Shown here in pieces: positions 1-12,281 of a stretch of 64,000 nt of DNA. Below the pieces are notes generated by a model, which saw only the letters and a program-made list of their open reading frames with translations, had not been told where the DNA came from and searched no databases. Origin of the DNA: Squalus acanthias (taxonomy: Eukaryota). Position 1 is the first letter of the stretch. Each line of letters starts with the position of its first letter. The stretch is from NCBI GenBank assembly GCA_030390025.1, contig CM059431.1:149112001-149176000 (forward strand). The letters run 5' to 3'. The position numbers and the translations under genes are program-made.

Positions 1-785
1 AATGTCCGTGTAGTTGATAGTGAGGAAGACAGTTGTAAACTGCAGGAAGATATCAATGGAATGGTCAGATGGGCAGAAAAGTGGCAAATGGAATTCAATC
101 CAGTGAAGTGTGCGGTGATACATTTGGGAAGGGTTAACAAGGCAAGGAAATGCACAATAAATGCTGGGGAAATGAAAAGTGTAGAGCAACAGAGGGACCT
201 TCGAGTGCATGTCCACAGATCACTAAAAGTAGCAGGACATGTAGATGGGGAGGTTAAGAAAGCATATGGGATTCTTTGGTTTATTGGACAAGGCATAGAA
301 CATAAGAGCAGGGAAGTTATGCTAGAACTGTATAAAACACTAGTTAGGCCACAGCTAAGAGTATTGCATACAGTTCTGGTCACCACATTAAAGGAAAGAT
401 GTGACTTCACTCGATAGTTTACAGAAGAGATTCACGAGGATGTTGCCAGGACCGGAGAATTTTAGCTATGAGGAAAGATTGGATAGGATGGGGCTGCTAA
501 TTTGGAACAGAGGAGGCTGAGCGGAGATTTAATTAAGCAGTATAAATTTATGAGCGGCCTCGTTAGAGTGGATAGACAGCATCAATTTCTCTTAGCAGTG
601 CGGTCAATAACCAGCGGGCATAGAGTAAAATGTAATTGGTAGAAGGATTAGAGGGGAGATGAGGAGATTTTTTTTCACCCAGAGTGCGGATATGGAAAGT
701 GGAATTAGGCTGGATAGCTATTTCAATCGGCGCACACACGATGGGACGAATAGCCTACTTCTGTGCAGCCAATTTCTATGATTCC
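1..785 (+). mobile_element. CR1 LINE 3' fragment (RT C-terminus and 3' UTR), degenerate
   Basis: ORF 61-417 WAEKWQMEFNPVKC...ELYKTLVRPQL is typical of CR1 ORF2; ends in a ttctatgattc-type tail. Confidence 0.9.
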
Positions 786-789
786 ATCT

Positions 790-1580
790 TTCTGTTTCTT
801 AACCTTCCCTGCTCTAAAATGAACAATCCCTGCTTCGCCAGTTTCTCCACCTAACTGACGTCACAGATCGCTGGAACCTTTCTGGTAAATCCCGACACCT
901 TCTCTAATCATTGACATGCTTCCCAAAGTTTGGCGCCCAGAATTGGACACAATGCTCCAGCTGGGGCTTAACCAGTGATTTATAAAATGTTAGCATTTTT
1001 TCCTCGATTTTGTTACAGTGTGTCTCTGTTTGTAAACCCAAGGAATCAGTATGTTCTTTTAATTGCCGTTGCAACTTGTCCTGCCACCTTTAGAGATTTG
1101 TGTAAGTACAGCCCAGGTCACACTGATCGTACAACCGCTTTAAAATTGTACCATTTAACTTAAATTGCCTCTGCTCATACCTCCTACCAAAATGTTTCAA
1201 TTCACCCTTCTCTGTATTAAATTGTATCTTCCATGTATCGGCCCATCTCACCAGTCTGTCTGTGTCCTCCTCAAGACTGTTGCTACCGTCCTGATTGTTG
1301 ATTAACATTGCTGACATTGCTGACATCAGCAAACGTTTAAATTATGCGTTGAATACCCATGTCTATGGCATTGATGTGCATGGAAAGAGCAATTGCCCCA
1401 ACAAGGACAGCTGGTGAACACCACTGAATACTTCCATCCAGTCTGAACAACAACCGTTAACCACTACTCTCTGCTTTCTGTCTCTTAGCCAACATCCGAG
1501 CCATGTTGCCACTGCCACTTCAATCACTTGGACTTCAATTTTGTTTTCATGTGATACTTCATCAAAACTCTTTTGAAACG
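790..1580 (-). mobile_element. CR1 LINE RT fragment, degenerate
   Basis: Minus ORFs with WLRDRKQRVVVNG and LVRWADTWKIQFN. Confidence 0.85.
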
Positions 1581-1884
1581 ATAGCGAAATTGGGAAAGTG
1601 TGGGCAAGTAGAATCATAGAATTGGTGAGACAAGTTGTGTTGACGCCCCGCTCTGATCACAGGCCTCATTCCCATTTTATTATTTATATCCATTTATTCT
1701 CAGGATATTGTAAAGCTTTCAAGGCAGGTATTACTTGTCCATTCCTAGATACACATGAGAAAATGGTGGACTTTCTTCTTGAACCGCTGCAGTCCGTGTG
1801 GTGAAGGTGCTCCCACAGAACGGTTACGGAAGGAATTTTAGGGTTTTAATGCAGTGACGATGAAGGAATGGCGATATGTTTGAA

Positions 1885-2292
1885 GGGTACGGTAGCATAG
1901 TGGTTATGCTGCTGGACTAGTAAACCAGATACCTGGACAGATGATCCAAAGTCCACCAGCTGGGGAATTTAAATTAAATTAATTAAGCAATTCAGTTTGA
2001 AAAAGTGAGTGTCGATAATGGTGAGCATGACACTACCAGATTGTCGTAAAACCAATGTGGTTCACTAATGTCCTTCCGGGAAGAAAATCTGCTGTCCTTA
2101 CCCATTCTTGACGAAATGTGACTCCAGACCCAAAGCAATGTGCTTGAGTATTAACAGCTCCTCTGAAATGGCCTAGCAAGCGTCTCAGTTGTATACGCTG
2201 GTTCATCAGAACATTCTCAATGGCAGTTAGGGAAGGGAAATAAATGCTGGCCTTGCCAGCGACGCCCACACCCAAGAATGATTTTTTTTTAA
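1885..2292 (+). mobile_element. tRNA-derived SINE with LINE-like tail
   Basis: A-box-like head ggtagcatagtggtta; body gactccagaccc...ctctgaaatggcctagcaag; a related copy lies on the minus strand at ~6545-6935. Confidence 0.65.
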
Positions 2293-2539
2293 GTTCATTA
2301 CTGGATGCTGTGTGAGTTGAAGGGAGTCATTGGAGGTGGTGCTCGTTTGAGCTACAGTCTGGCCGAATTCTGCTCCCTCGCCTGTGCCTCCTCCACCTGA
2401 TGCCAGTTGTAGGAATCCAGCTGCAGCCCTGCGGGTGAAAGGTACTTACGGTAATATACTAAACAGAAACAATTACACGTTTGGCATTTTCGGGATACAA
2501 GTCCTTTACTGGACACTTGGAAATGATTTGGGGCTGAAC

Positions 2540-2660
2540 ACGAGAGGAGAATATTATAATCGAGGCATTGCCGAACCGGTAGACAATGTAAGTCAGCGAT
2601 CAGAGGGGTGATGTTTGAACGGGACTTGGTCCGAGTTAGGACAGGGACAGCAGAGCTTTG
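2540..2660 (-). mobile_element. L2-clade LINE RT fragment
   Basis: PVLTRTKSRSNITPLIADLHCLPVRQCLDYNILL resembles the L2 HITPxLxxLHWLPV motif. Confidence 0.65.
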
Positions 2661-2911
2661 GATCAGAAATAAATGATTGGTATTTATGTTAGATATAACC
2701 TTATATCTCCGCACGCCAGTAGCTTCTGTCACGGAAGCTAACAAATAACTCTGAATGGGATCAAGCTGAAACTTTGAGAGGCAAAGTCTAAGCCCAATTC
2801 CTCAGCATGCTGTGACATTTGATATGTGCCGATGTCGGAAGACAAGGGCCGAGATATTCGTCTCGGGCGGTGCCGCTAAATGTGTGGTGGCGCTAAACGG
2901 GCGGTATTCGA

Positions 2912-4320
2912 TCATAACAACATAAGAATTAGGAGCAGCGCTAGACCGTTTGGCCCTTCAAGCCTGCTCCGCCATCAAGTTTGATCATGGCTGATCTTGT
3001 ACCTCATCTCCACTTTCCTGCACTATCCCCAAAATCCTTGATAGCCTTAATATTCAAAAATCTATCGAACTCTGTCTCGAATATACCCAACGACTGAGCC
3101 TCCACAGCCCTCTGCGGTAGAGAATTCCAAAGATTCACCACCCTCTGAGTGAATAAATGTCTCCTCATCTCAGTCCTAATTGGCCGACCCCTTATTCTGA
3201 GACTGTGACCCCTGGGTCTAGGTCCCCGAGCCAGGGGAAATATCCTCTGTGCATCTACCCTGTCAAACCCTTTAAGAATTGTGTATGTTTCAATGAGATC
3301 ACCTGTCATTCTTCTAAACTCTAGAAAATATAGGCGTAGTTTACTCAATCGCTCCTCATAGGTCAATCCCCAATCCCAGGAACCAGTGTGGTGAACCTTC
3401 TTTGAACTACATCAATGACAAGTATATACTTCATTAGTTAAGAAGACCAAAACTGCACACAGCATTCCAGGTATGGTCTCGCCAGGGCTCTATATTTGCA
3501 GTATGACGTCTTTACTCGTATACAGGAATCCTCTTGTAATAAAGGCCAAAATACCATTTGCTTTCCTAATTGCTTCCTGTACCTGCATGTTAACTTTCAG
3601 TGATTCGTGTACGAGGACACCCAAATTCCCAATGAACAGCAACATTTCCCAATCTCTCACCATTTAAAAAATGCTCTGCATTTCTATTTTTCCTACCAAA
3701 ATGGATAACATCATATTTATCCATGTTGTATGCCATTTGCCATGTTCTTGCACACTCACTTAGCCTATCTATATCCCCTTGAATGCTTTTTGCATCCTCT
3801 TCACAACTTACATTCCCACCCAGCTTTGAATCACCAGCAAACTTGGATATATTACATTTGGTCCCCTCTTCCAAATCATTGACTCAGATTGTGAATAGCT
3901 GTGGCCAAGCACTAATCCTTGCGGGTCCCCACTTGTTGCAGCCTGCCAACAGGAAAATTAACAATTTATTCTTACTCTTTGATTTCTGTCCGTTAACCAA
4001 TCCTGAATCCATGTTAGTATATTATCCCCAATCCTAAATTTGTTTAAAAATCTCTTGTCTGGCACTTTATCGAATGCCTTCTGAAGATCCAAATACACCA
4101 CATCCATGGTCCCCTTGTCTATACCGCTAGTTACAATCTCAAGATCTGTCAAACACAATTTCTCTGCCCAATTCTATTATAATTTTCTAAGTGCCCTGTT
4201 ATGAAGTCCTTAAAAATAGATTCAAGCATTTCCCTAATACTGATGTCAGGCTAACTGGTCAGTGGTTCCCGTTTTCTCTCTCCCTCCTTTCTTTAATAGT
4301 GGGTTTACATTTGTTACCTG
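2912..4320 (-). mobile_element. CR1 LINE 3' portion, degenerate
   Basis: ORFs with DVVYLDLQKAFDKVP, ISKFAGDSKLGG, YEERLSKLRL...FTQRVVNLWNSLP. Confidence 0.92.
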
Positions 4321-4579
4321 CGTTACACGCAGCTCCTGATATTCAGTTCCACCGCAGTCAATGAAGGATTTCTAGGCCAAGGTCTTCAATTCTTAACACT
4401 AATATTCCAGCAAAGGTTTCTCCGTAACTCTTTGAAGCCACTTCTGTGTCAAAGAACTAGTCTCAGTAATCCTGCAACATCAGCATCCCTGTGGTCCCAA
4501 ACCGCATGGTTCCCTGTTTAAAAAAAACAATATCCATTCCGGCTCTTCTTAACATTCAATGAGCATCTAAACAAAAGGG

Positions 4580-6325
4580 AGGAGTCACAGCCAGTGACAC
4601 AGAAACATTGATAATGGCTTTTTAAAGAGACTACCAGTAAAACAGGTTTTCTGAAGAGACAAGACAGTCAGGCTTTTTAAAGAGAGAGGACCAGAGACGC
4701 AGGCTTTTTTAAAGGGACAGAACACTTCACACAGGCTTTGTAAAGAGAGAGGATCAGTCACACGGGCGCTTTAAGGAGACAGGACCAGTCACGTAGCCTT
4801 TTTAAAGAGAGAGGAGCAGTCACACTTGCTCTAAAAAGAGACTGGAGCTGTCAATCAAGAATTGTTAAGAGAAAAGACCAGTCACACAGGCTTTTTAAAT
4901 AGACTGGACCTGTCACTCAAGAATTTTAACAGAAAAGTCCAATCACACATGGTTTTTAAAGAGAAAGAATCGGTGACACAGGCTTTCATAGAATCATAGA
5001 ATAGTTACAGCAGGGATGAAGAACATTCGGCCCGTCGAGCCCACGTCGGGTCTGTGCAAGAAACACGTCAGCTAGCCCCACTCCCCCGCTGTTACCGCCT
5101 GCATTGTTTTCTTTCAGGTACTTATCTAACTCCCTTTTGAAAGCCTTGATTACGTACGCCTCCACCGCCATTTTAGGCAGTGCTTTCCAGATCCTAACCA
5201 CTTGCTGTGTAAAAAGTTTTTTTTCCTGATGTCGCCTTTGGTTCTTTTGCCAATCACCTTAAATCTGTATCCTCTGGTCGTCGACCCATCTGCCAATGGG
5301 AACAGTTTCTCCTTATCTGTTCTGTCCAGACCCATCATGTTTTGAACACCGCTATCAAATCTCCTCTCAAACGTTTCTGCTTCAAGGAGAACAACGACAG
5401 GTTCTCCAATCTATCTACGTCCCTGAAGTCCCCCATCCCTGGAATCATTCTCGTAAATCTTTCCTGCACCCTCTCAAAGGTCTTCACATCCATCCTGAAG
5501 TGCGGTGCTAAGAATTGAACACAATACTCCAGTTGAGGCCAAACCAGTGTTTTATACTGGTTCATCACAATTTCCACGCTTTTGTACTCTATACCTCTAT
5601 TCATGAATCACAGGATCCTGTAAGCTTTTTTAACTGCTTTCTCAAACAGCCCTGCCAACTTCAATGATTTGTGCACATATAACCCGTAGGTCTCTCTGTT
5701 CATGCACCCCCTTTAGGATTTTATGCTTTAGTTTATATTTCCTCTCCTCACTGTTTCTACCAAGATATATCACTTCCCTTTTTCCTGCGTTAAATTTCAT
5801 CTGTCACGTGTCAGCCCATTCCACTAGCCTGTCTATTTACTCTTGAATTATATCACTATACTACTTACTGTTTACTATATTATTAAAGACACAGGACCAG
5901 TCACAGAGATTTTTTAAAGAGACATAATCAGCCATACAGGCTTATTAAACAGACAGAACCAGTCACACAGATTTTTAAAGATCCAGGAATAGACACACAG
6001 GTTTTATAAAGAGACAAAACCAGTCGCACAGGCCTTTTAAAGTGAAAGGAACACTCACAAAGGCTTTTTCAAGGAACATGATCAGACACACAGGCTTTTT
6101 AAAGAGACAGGACCAGACGCGCAGGCGTTCTAAAGAGACAGGACCAGTCACACAGGCTTTTTAAAGAGACAGGACCAGTCACATGGTTTTTTAAAGAGAC
6201 CTGGCCTGTCACGCAGGATTTTTAAACAGACAAGACCAGTCACCGAGGCTTTTTGAACAGACATGGCCAATGTCACAGATTTTTAAATGAGAAAGGACCA
6301 GTCACACAGGCTTTTCAAAGAGAAA
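4580..6325. repeat. ~31-bp minisatellite (AGAGACAGGACCAGTCACACAGGCTTTTTAA), split by a CR1 insertion at ~4986-5880
   Basis: 31-bp period visible at 6141/6172; the same unit flanks both sides of the CR1. Confidence 0.9.
4986..5880 (-). mobile_element. CR1 LINE 3' fragment inserted in the minisatellite
   Basis: (CATAGAAT)n tail at ~4988-5002; YKTLVWPQLEYCVQF motif. Confidence 0.9.
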
Positions 6326-6544
6326 AAATGGTATCAGCAAAAGGGCCTCGAAATTCCTTCTCTGGCGATGGCACAAAACAGATGTTTTTTCTCGGAAATT
6401 CTAGGCCCCCATAGCTGGCCTCTACAGATTATTAGAACATTAATGTTCGTTCACAAAATCTAATCTGGTCCTGAATATGACCTCTTACAACCTGCTTATT
6501 TTGCAGACTATTAATTTTAATATGTTTAGTTCATGGAAAGTGTG

Positions 6545-6935
6545 TAATCCTGGCAATACCAGCCAATCCCTAGTTGTCCTTGAGAAGGTGGTGCTGAAAC
6601 AATACCTTGAACCGCTGCAGTCGTTGTGGTGAAGATACTGCCCAGTGTCTGACTTTTGTACAACTGAGTGTCTTGCTAGGCCATGTCAGAGTGCAGTTAA
6701 GATTCAAACGCATATGGGCAGCCCAAGTAAGGATGGCAGGTTTCCATCCTTAAAGCACGCTTTCGAAACAGTTGGGTTTTTCCTGACAATCCTGTAGTTT
6801 CATGATCTGCATTACAGATACTAGATTTTTCATTCCAAATGTATTTAATTAACTGAATTTAAATTCCCCTACTGTCGAGGTGGGATTGAACTCAAGTCTC
6901 ATAGTTTATTCGTCCAGGTCTCTGGATTACTACGA
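6545..6935 (-). mobile_element. tRNA-derived SINE (same family as 1885-2292)
   Basis: Reverse-complement similarity to 1885-2292 (ttgctaggcca, aatttaaattcccc, ctggattac). Confidence 0.6.
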
Positions 6936-7526
6936 TAGCAAAATACTGCAGATGCTGGAAATCCGAAAACATAACCAGCATGCTGATGTACTCGGTGTCT
7001 ACAAATAGTACCCCATAAAACTATTGGCTTCTCGGTGTTGGAGATGTTTTTGGGGATTCAGGAGGTGAGTTACTCACCGCAGATTACCCAGCCTCTGACC
7101 TGCTGTAGTAGCCACGGCATTTATGTGGCTGGTCCAGTTGATTTTTCTGATCAATGGCGGCCCCTAGGGTTTTGATGGTGGAGGATTCGGTGATTGCAAT
7201 GCCAATGACTGTCAAGTTAGATTATGTCTTGTTGGAGGTGGTCATCGTCTGGCGCTTGTGTGGAGATAATGTATCATGAATTACACCAGGGATGAGGGAT
7301 TTCAGTTATGTGGAGAGACTGGAGAAGCAGGGATTCTTCGCCGTGGAGCAAATAAGTCTAGGGGAAGATTGAATAGAAGTGCTCAAAATGTTGAGGGTTT
7401 TTAAAGAATAATTAAGGAGAAACTGTTTCCACTGGCTGTCTTAAAATTACCAAAAGGACGTACCTTGATTGCGCAATAAGATAATCATAATGAACTCTCT
7501 GAAAGGTTTGTGGAAGCAGATTCAAT

Positions 7527-8165
7527 CGGTTCAGTGGGTAGCAAACTCACCACTAAATAATAACCTTATGGTTTCAAGTCCCATTCCAGCGACGTGAGTC
7601 CAAAAATCTAGACTCAAACTCTCGTGCAGTTCTTAGGAAGCACTCTACTGTCAGAGGGGTCGTACGAAGGGCGGGCTGAACTAACAGAGGCTCAGTACTG
7701 AGAGACCAATGCACTGTCGGAGGGGCAGTTTGAGAATTTGCTGCACTGTCGGAGGGGCAGTACTGAGCGAGCGCTTCACTGTCGGAGGGTCAGTACTGAG
7801 GGAGCGCCGCACTGTCGGAGGTGCAATACTGAGGAAGTACTGTCTTGTCGGAGGGGTCGTCATTCGGATGCGACTTTAAACAAAACCCATGTCTGCTCTC
7901 ATAAGTGGATGTATATGATCCCAGGGCAAGATATGAAGAAGAGCAGCGGAGTTATCCCCAGTGTTCTGGCTAATATTTATCTCAATCAACATCACTAAAA
8001 CAGATGAACTGGTCGTTATTGCAATACTGTTTGTGGGAACTTGCTGTGCACAAATTGGTTGCCGTGTTTACTACAGTACATCAACTGACTTCAATTCAAA
8101 AGTACTTATTTGGCTGTGAACTGCTTTCGGGACATCCCAAGTTCGTGAAAGGCGCTCTTTCTTAG
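7527..8165 (+). mobile_element. SacSINE1-like DeuSINE with internal tandem amplification of a 33-bp unit
   Basis: tRNA-like head, gtactgagggagcgccgcactgtcggagg repeats, Deu-domain-like gaagaagagcag...aatatttatctcaatcaacatcactaaaacagat, 3' gtgaaaggcgct. Confidence 0.8.
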
Positions 8166-8309
8166 TAATAAGTTTCAAAAGGTAATATGATATATACATG
8201 AAAAGGATCAATTTTCAGGACTATGATGAAAATGTTTAATTGTTTACTACCATTCACGAAAGTATGTGACAGCTTTGAAATAATCATATCGTTTGCCTGA
8301 ACATGTGCT

Positions 8310-8570
8310 GATTCATCAGCTGAATGATGGAGGTAAGTGGTAATCAGCAGGAAGTGACATTGCCCATGTCTGACTGGAAGCCATGATACTTGATTATGTC
8401 CTTCGGCAAATTTGTGGCCTCGCAGATCTCTCCCAGTCGACTGTGTACCCCTGTGCACCCACCTCTGTTGGGTGTGTCCTACCTTTGGAACAGGATATTA
8501 CCCTGAGATGGTGATGGAGGAGTCGGGAATGTTGACTGATAGGTATGGTTCTGTGACTATGATTGTGCGG
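8310..8570 (-). mobile_element. CR1-clade APE endonuclease fragment
   Basis: IIVTEPYLSVNIPDSSITISG...VSWLPVRHGQCHFLLITTY in one frame with one stop. Confidence 0.65.
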
Positions 8571-8789
8571 GAATTCAATTTTCCAGAGCGATTCATTGAG
8601 TATTGAGACAGTGACAGGGTATGTATGTCATTGGTTAATATTTTAAGCAGTTTCCTTTGATTGCTTGGTGTAAAACCATTTATCGTTTGACTATTTTCTC
8701 TCCCTCTGTAAAGCACCATTATAGGATTGGTTTTTTGATGTCAATCATTCGAAACACCTTCTTGTACTTGTTCTAGATTCAGGCAAATT

Positions 8790-9330
8790 GAATGCCCTGG
8801 GAATCAACTTGTTGGACAAAGAGGGGAACATAAAAACTTGCCAGCCCTGGGAATGAAATTCCTTGATTGAGGCGGGAGCTGTGTAATCTAGGCCGACCAA
8901 GGAATTAAATTCCTGTTATGTGGTGGGAGCATTGTAATCTTGGTGGCCGTGGGAATAAAATTCCAGGATTTAGGTGGGGGCAGTCTAATATAGGTGGCTC
9001 TGGGAATTAAATTCCTGGACTGAGGCATGAACAGTTTAATCTAGGCGTTGCTGGGAATTAAATTCCTGGATGAGGCAGGAACAGTTTAATCTAGGCGGCG
9101 CTGGGAATTAAATTCCTGGACTGGGGCATGAACAATTTAATCTAGGGGTTGCTGGGAACTGAATTCCTGGACTGAGGCAGGAACAGTTTAATCTAGGGGT
9201 TGCTGGGAACTGAATTCCTGGATGAGGCAGGAACAGTTTAATCTAGGCTTTGCTGGGAATGAAATTCCTGGAGTGTGGCAGGAACAGTTTAATCTAGGCG
9301 GCGCTGAGCATAAAATTCCTGGACTGAGGA
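8790..9330. repeat. ~51-bp minisatellite (GGGAATTAAATTCCTGGACTGAGGCAGGAACAGTTTAATCTAGGCGTTGCT)
   Basis: 51-bp period at 9002/9053; about 10 copies. Confidence 0.9.
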
Positions 9331-9674
9331 AGGGTGAAATGTTGTGCATGCGCTCACTTTTAATTTAAAGCTGTGTACAATAATGTGAGCTAGGTTGAGT
9401 TGCAGTGAAGTTTTGGGGTAACAATGGATCAATGAGTCTGGGTGTTCAATGACTGTAATTAATGCCAGTTGCAGTGAGGCCTAATGATGTCACTCGGGGA
9501 ATTCACTCTGAACTAAATAAGGATTTCCCTTCACTCTGTGACCTCACACAATCAGCGCGTTCCCTCCAGCACAAAGAGCACCCGCCTCTCAAAGAAGGGA
9601 TGTCGTGTGTCCGAGGATCTGGACGGAAAGTATTCTTGAACAGTGGCAGTTAACAAGAATACTTTGGATTAACA

Positions 9675-9880
9675 ACAGAAAATGAATAAAAACACTCAGC
9701 AGTTCAGGCAGCATCCGTGGAGAGAGAACCAATGTTACCGTTTCTGGTCTGTGACCTTTCATCAGAACTGGAAACACTTAGAGATTTATTAAATTTTAAG
9801 CCGGTGCAGGGGCAGGGAAAGGGGGTAGGGTAGGAATGAACAAAAGGAATCGTCTGTGATAGGGTGGAATGCAGGAGTGG
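9675..9880 (-). mobile_element. Penelope-like element 3' UTR/pseudo-LTR remnant with hammerhead-like core
   Basis: Minus strand CTGATGA-AA-GGTC-ACA-GACC-A-GAAAC followed by tctctccacggatgctgcctgaactgctgag. Confidence 0.65.
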
Positions 9881-10128
9881 TGAAATGCAGGGTCTTGAAT
9901 CTGTATAAAGCTCTGCCCGAGAGAGCTGTGGAGGCTGGGTCATTGAATATATTTAAGGTGGAGACAGAAATATTTTTGAACAACAAGGGAGTGAAGGTTA
10001 TGGGGAGCGGGCAGGGAAATGGAACTGAGCCCAACATCAGATCAGCCATGATCTCATTAAATGGCGGAGCATGCTCGAGTGTTCGAATAGACTACTCCTG
10101 CTCCTATTTCTTATGTTCCTATGTTCTT
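9875..10128 (+). mobile_element. CR1 3' end
   Basis: LPERAVEAGSLNIFK and (ttcttatg)-like tail. Confidence 0.85.
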
Positions 10129-10134
10129 ATACTA

Positions 10135-10320
10135 AAAGGCGAGTTTGTGGCCGTGGACAGTGGGAAAGGAGGAGGTAAACGGGCAGGTGTTGCATCTCCT
10201 GCGCTGGCACTGGAAGTTGCTGTGGGGAGGGTAGGTTAAGGGGCAGTTGGGGGTGATTGAGGAGTGGACCAGGATGTTGTGGAGGGAGCGGTTCCTTCGG
10301 AATGCTGAAAGGGGAGGGGA
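10135..10320 (-). mobile_element. Penelope-like element ORF fragment (RT to GIY-YIG linker)
   Basis: Minus translation PLSAFRRNRSLHNILVHSSI...CQRRRCNTCPFTSS. Confidence 0.7.
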
Positions 10321-10321
10321 T

Positions 10322-10559
10322 GATATACAAATGATTTACTATCCCCTTCTCGCTCCTGTTAGTGTTCCTATTAAGTGTCTAAGTTCAGTTATTAATTATA
10401 TAAGCCATGTTATACTGTAATATTATTCTCGCTATTTACTGTCGCATACTCAGTTATTAATGTTAATCTGTGTTTCAAGTTGTTGCATCTTTGTTGATGT
10501 AAGAGTTGTTGTTTAAAAAGACTGGCACATCCTCGCTAATGTTGGTGTTCCTGGTAAGT
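10322..10559 (+). pseudogene. Damaged, duplicated exon-1 remnants of the GPR139-like GPCR
   Basis: Copy 1: DIQMIYYPLLAPVSVP followed by TTAAGT (donor GT lost, 10371). Copy 2: HILANVGVP-G|GTAAGT (donor 10554) with an in-frame TAA at 10514-10516. Both are phase 1, matching exon 2. Confidence 0.7.
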
Positions 10560-12281
10560 CTCTGTATCCAGCTATTAATTATATAAATCATGTTTAGCAG
10601 TATTACTGTTCTTGTCATACTCCATCCCATCCCCACTGCTGTCGGCTGTTGATTCTGAAGGTGTTAACAAGATTCAATCGTTCTGTATTCAACTCAGGAA
10701 ACGATATTGGACGAGACTCTTTATTTAACGAATTTCCTCCTGCTATCTACACTGAACATTTGTAACAGGTCAGCAGAATATTGTCTTGGTTGAGGAGAGT
10801 TGTCAGCTAATGGCGGAAGAACATCGCCCTGTAACGTTAACTCTCTCTCTCTCTCCACAGATGCTGCCTGACCTGATGAGTATTTAAAGCTTTTTCAATT
10901 CTTATTTCAGCCTTCCAGCATGCGCAGTAATTTGATTTTGTTTTCACCAATGCTCGGTATGGTTACTGACACAGAGTCACATAAACAAATCCTGACAGAT
11001 CACATCCACATTTTTAAATGTCTGAAATATCCGCTAATCATTCAGTTCCAGTCAGTGTCTCCTTTCCCACCATCTCCAGCTCTGCATTAGTGGCACTGCT
11101 TCTGATGTTTAGAATAGGATTACAAGGATCATTTTCATCCACAAAAAACGTTCAGTCCGCCGTATTTCAAAGCGTTTATTCTCAATCTTTGTTTTGAATT
11201 TACAATTGGATCCCATGCCGGACTGTCACAGTTCAGTGTTTCTCTCAGTGAGACCGAGTGATTCTCTATTGCCTCCTGCAGTACTGCAGAATAAACAATC
11301 CCAACTGATTGTTACATGAATACTGAGGATAAGAAAATCCATTCATATTTTCTCGACTAATATTCTCTGCACAAATTGGAAACCAACAGGTGAAAAAGTA
11401 CAAGGATAAATCTCTTCCATTTGATTTCAGATACTTTACAAAAGCGTTCCGCGGCTCGTTCCCTGTGTGATAAGTCGCGTGATTATGAAGCTAAAAAGTG
11501 TATTTAGTGGGTTGTTACCTGATCAAAGATAACTATTTATTTTAATTCAGAATCAATTTTTTGCAATGTTATTTGGAAAATCTTCATTTCAATGAGCTAC
11601 AATATGAGTATTTCAGCAAAACTGTAGAAAGCTCAGAGTTCAAAGCATTTCGTACAGCCGAGTTATCATTATAAATGTAGGTCAATTGTATTTATTATCC
11701 CATATTTGCATATTACAGCCGTACATATTAAATACAATTGCCGGTAATTATTGCACGACAAGGTTGCAGTTTTTGTATTTTGTTGTTGCAATCATTTTCA
11801 GTTGTAACTATAGCCAGGAACATGAATCTAAGCGGGATTTCCCCCTCACTAACACAGGGGCACAGAAGCGAATTGCACCGTTTCAAATGCTGACTGATCC
11901 CGGGATACGAAGGCTTCCTGACAGTTTCTGGTCCTTTGTGTCCCTGGTACCTCGGGCGGAGCTTTTGTCTGCTGGGCTAAAGTTATATCTACCATTTAGT
12001 CTCTCATTGATCAAACATCTGTTAATTTCATGCTATATTTATCCCCGTTTCATTTCTTGATACCGCAGTGTATTCCCGATTATTCTTACAATAAACACTG
12101 TATTCAGCTCCACGGGTAATATGATTAGATGATATAATAGAATATCGCTATTGAGTTACAGATTTCTCCCCGAATTCCATCAAAGTGCTGTTCTTTCTCA
12201 CAGCCTGATATACAATTTCCGTGTTTTTTTCCGCTCCCAGCCTGATGTATAATTTCCGTGTTTTTTTTCCATTCCTCACAG

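Noticed and set aside
12221..12281. ORF-track start of the 320-aa GPCR at a GTG
   Set aside because: This stretch is intronic polypyrimidine tract; the coding exon starts at the acceptor at 12282.
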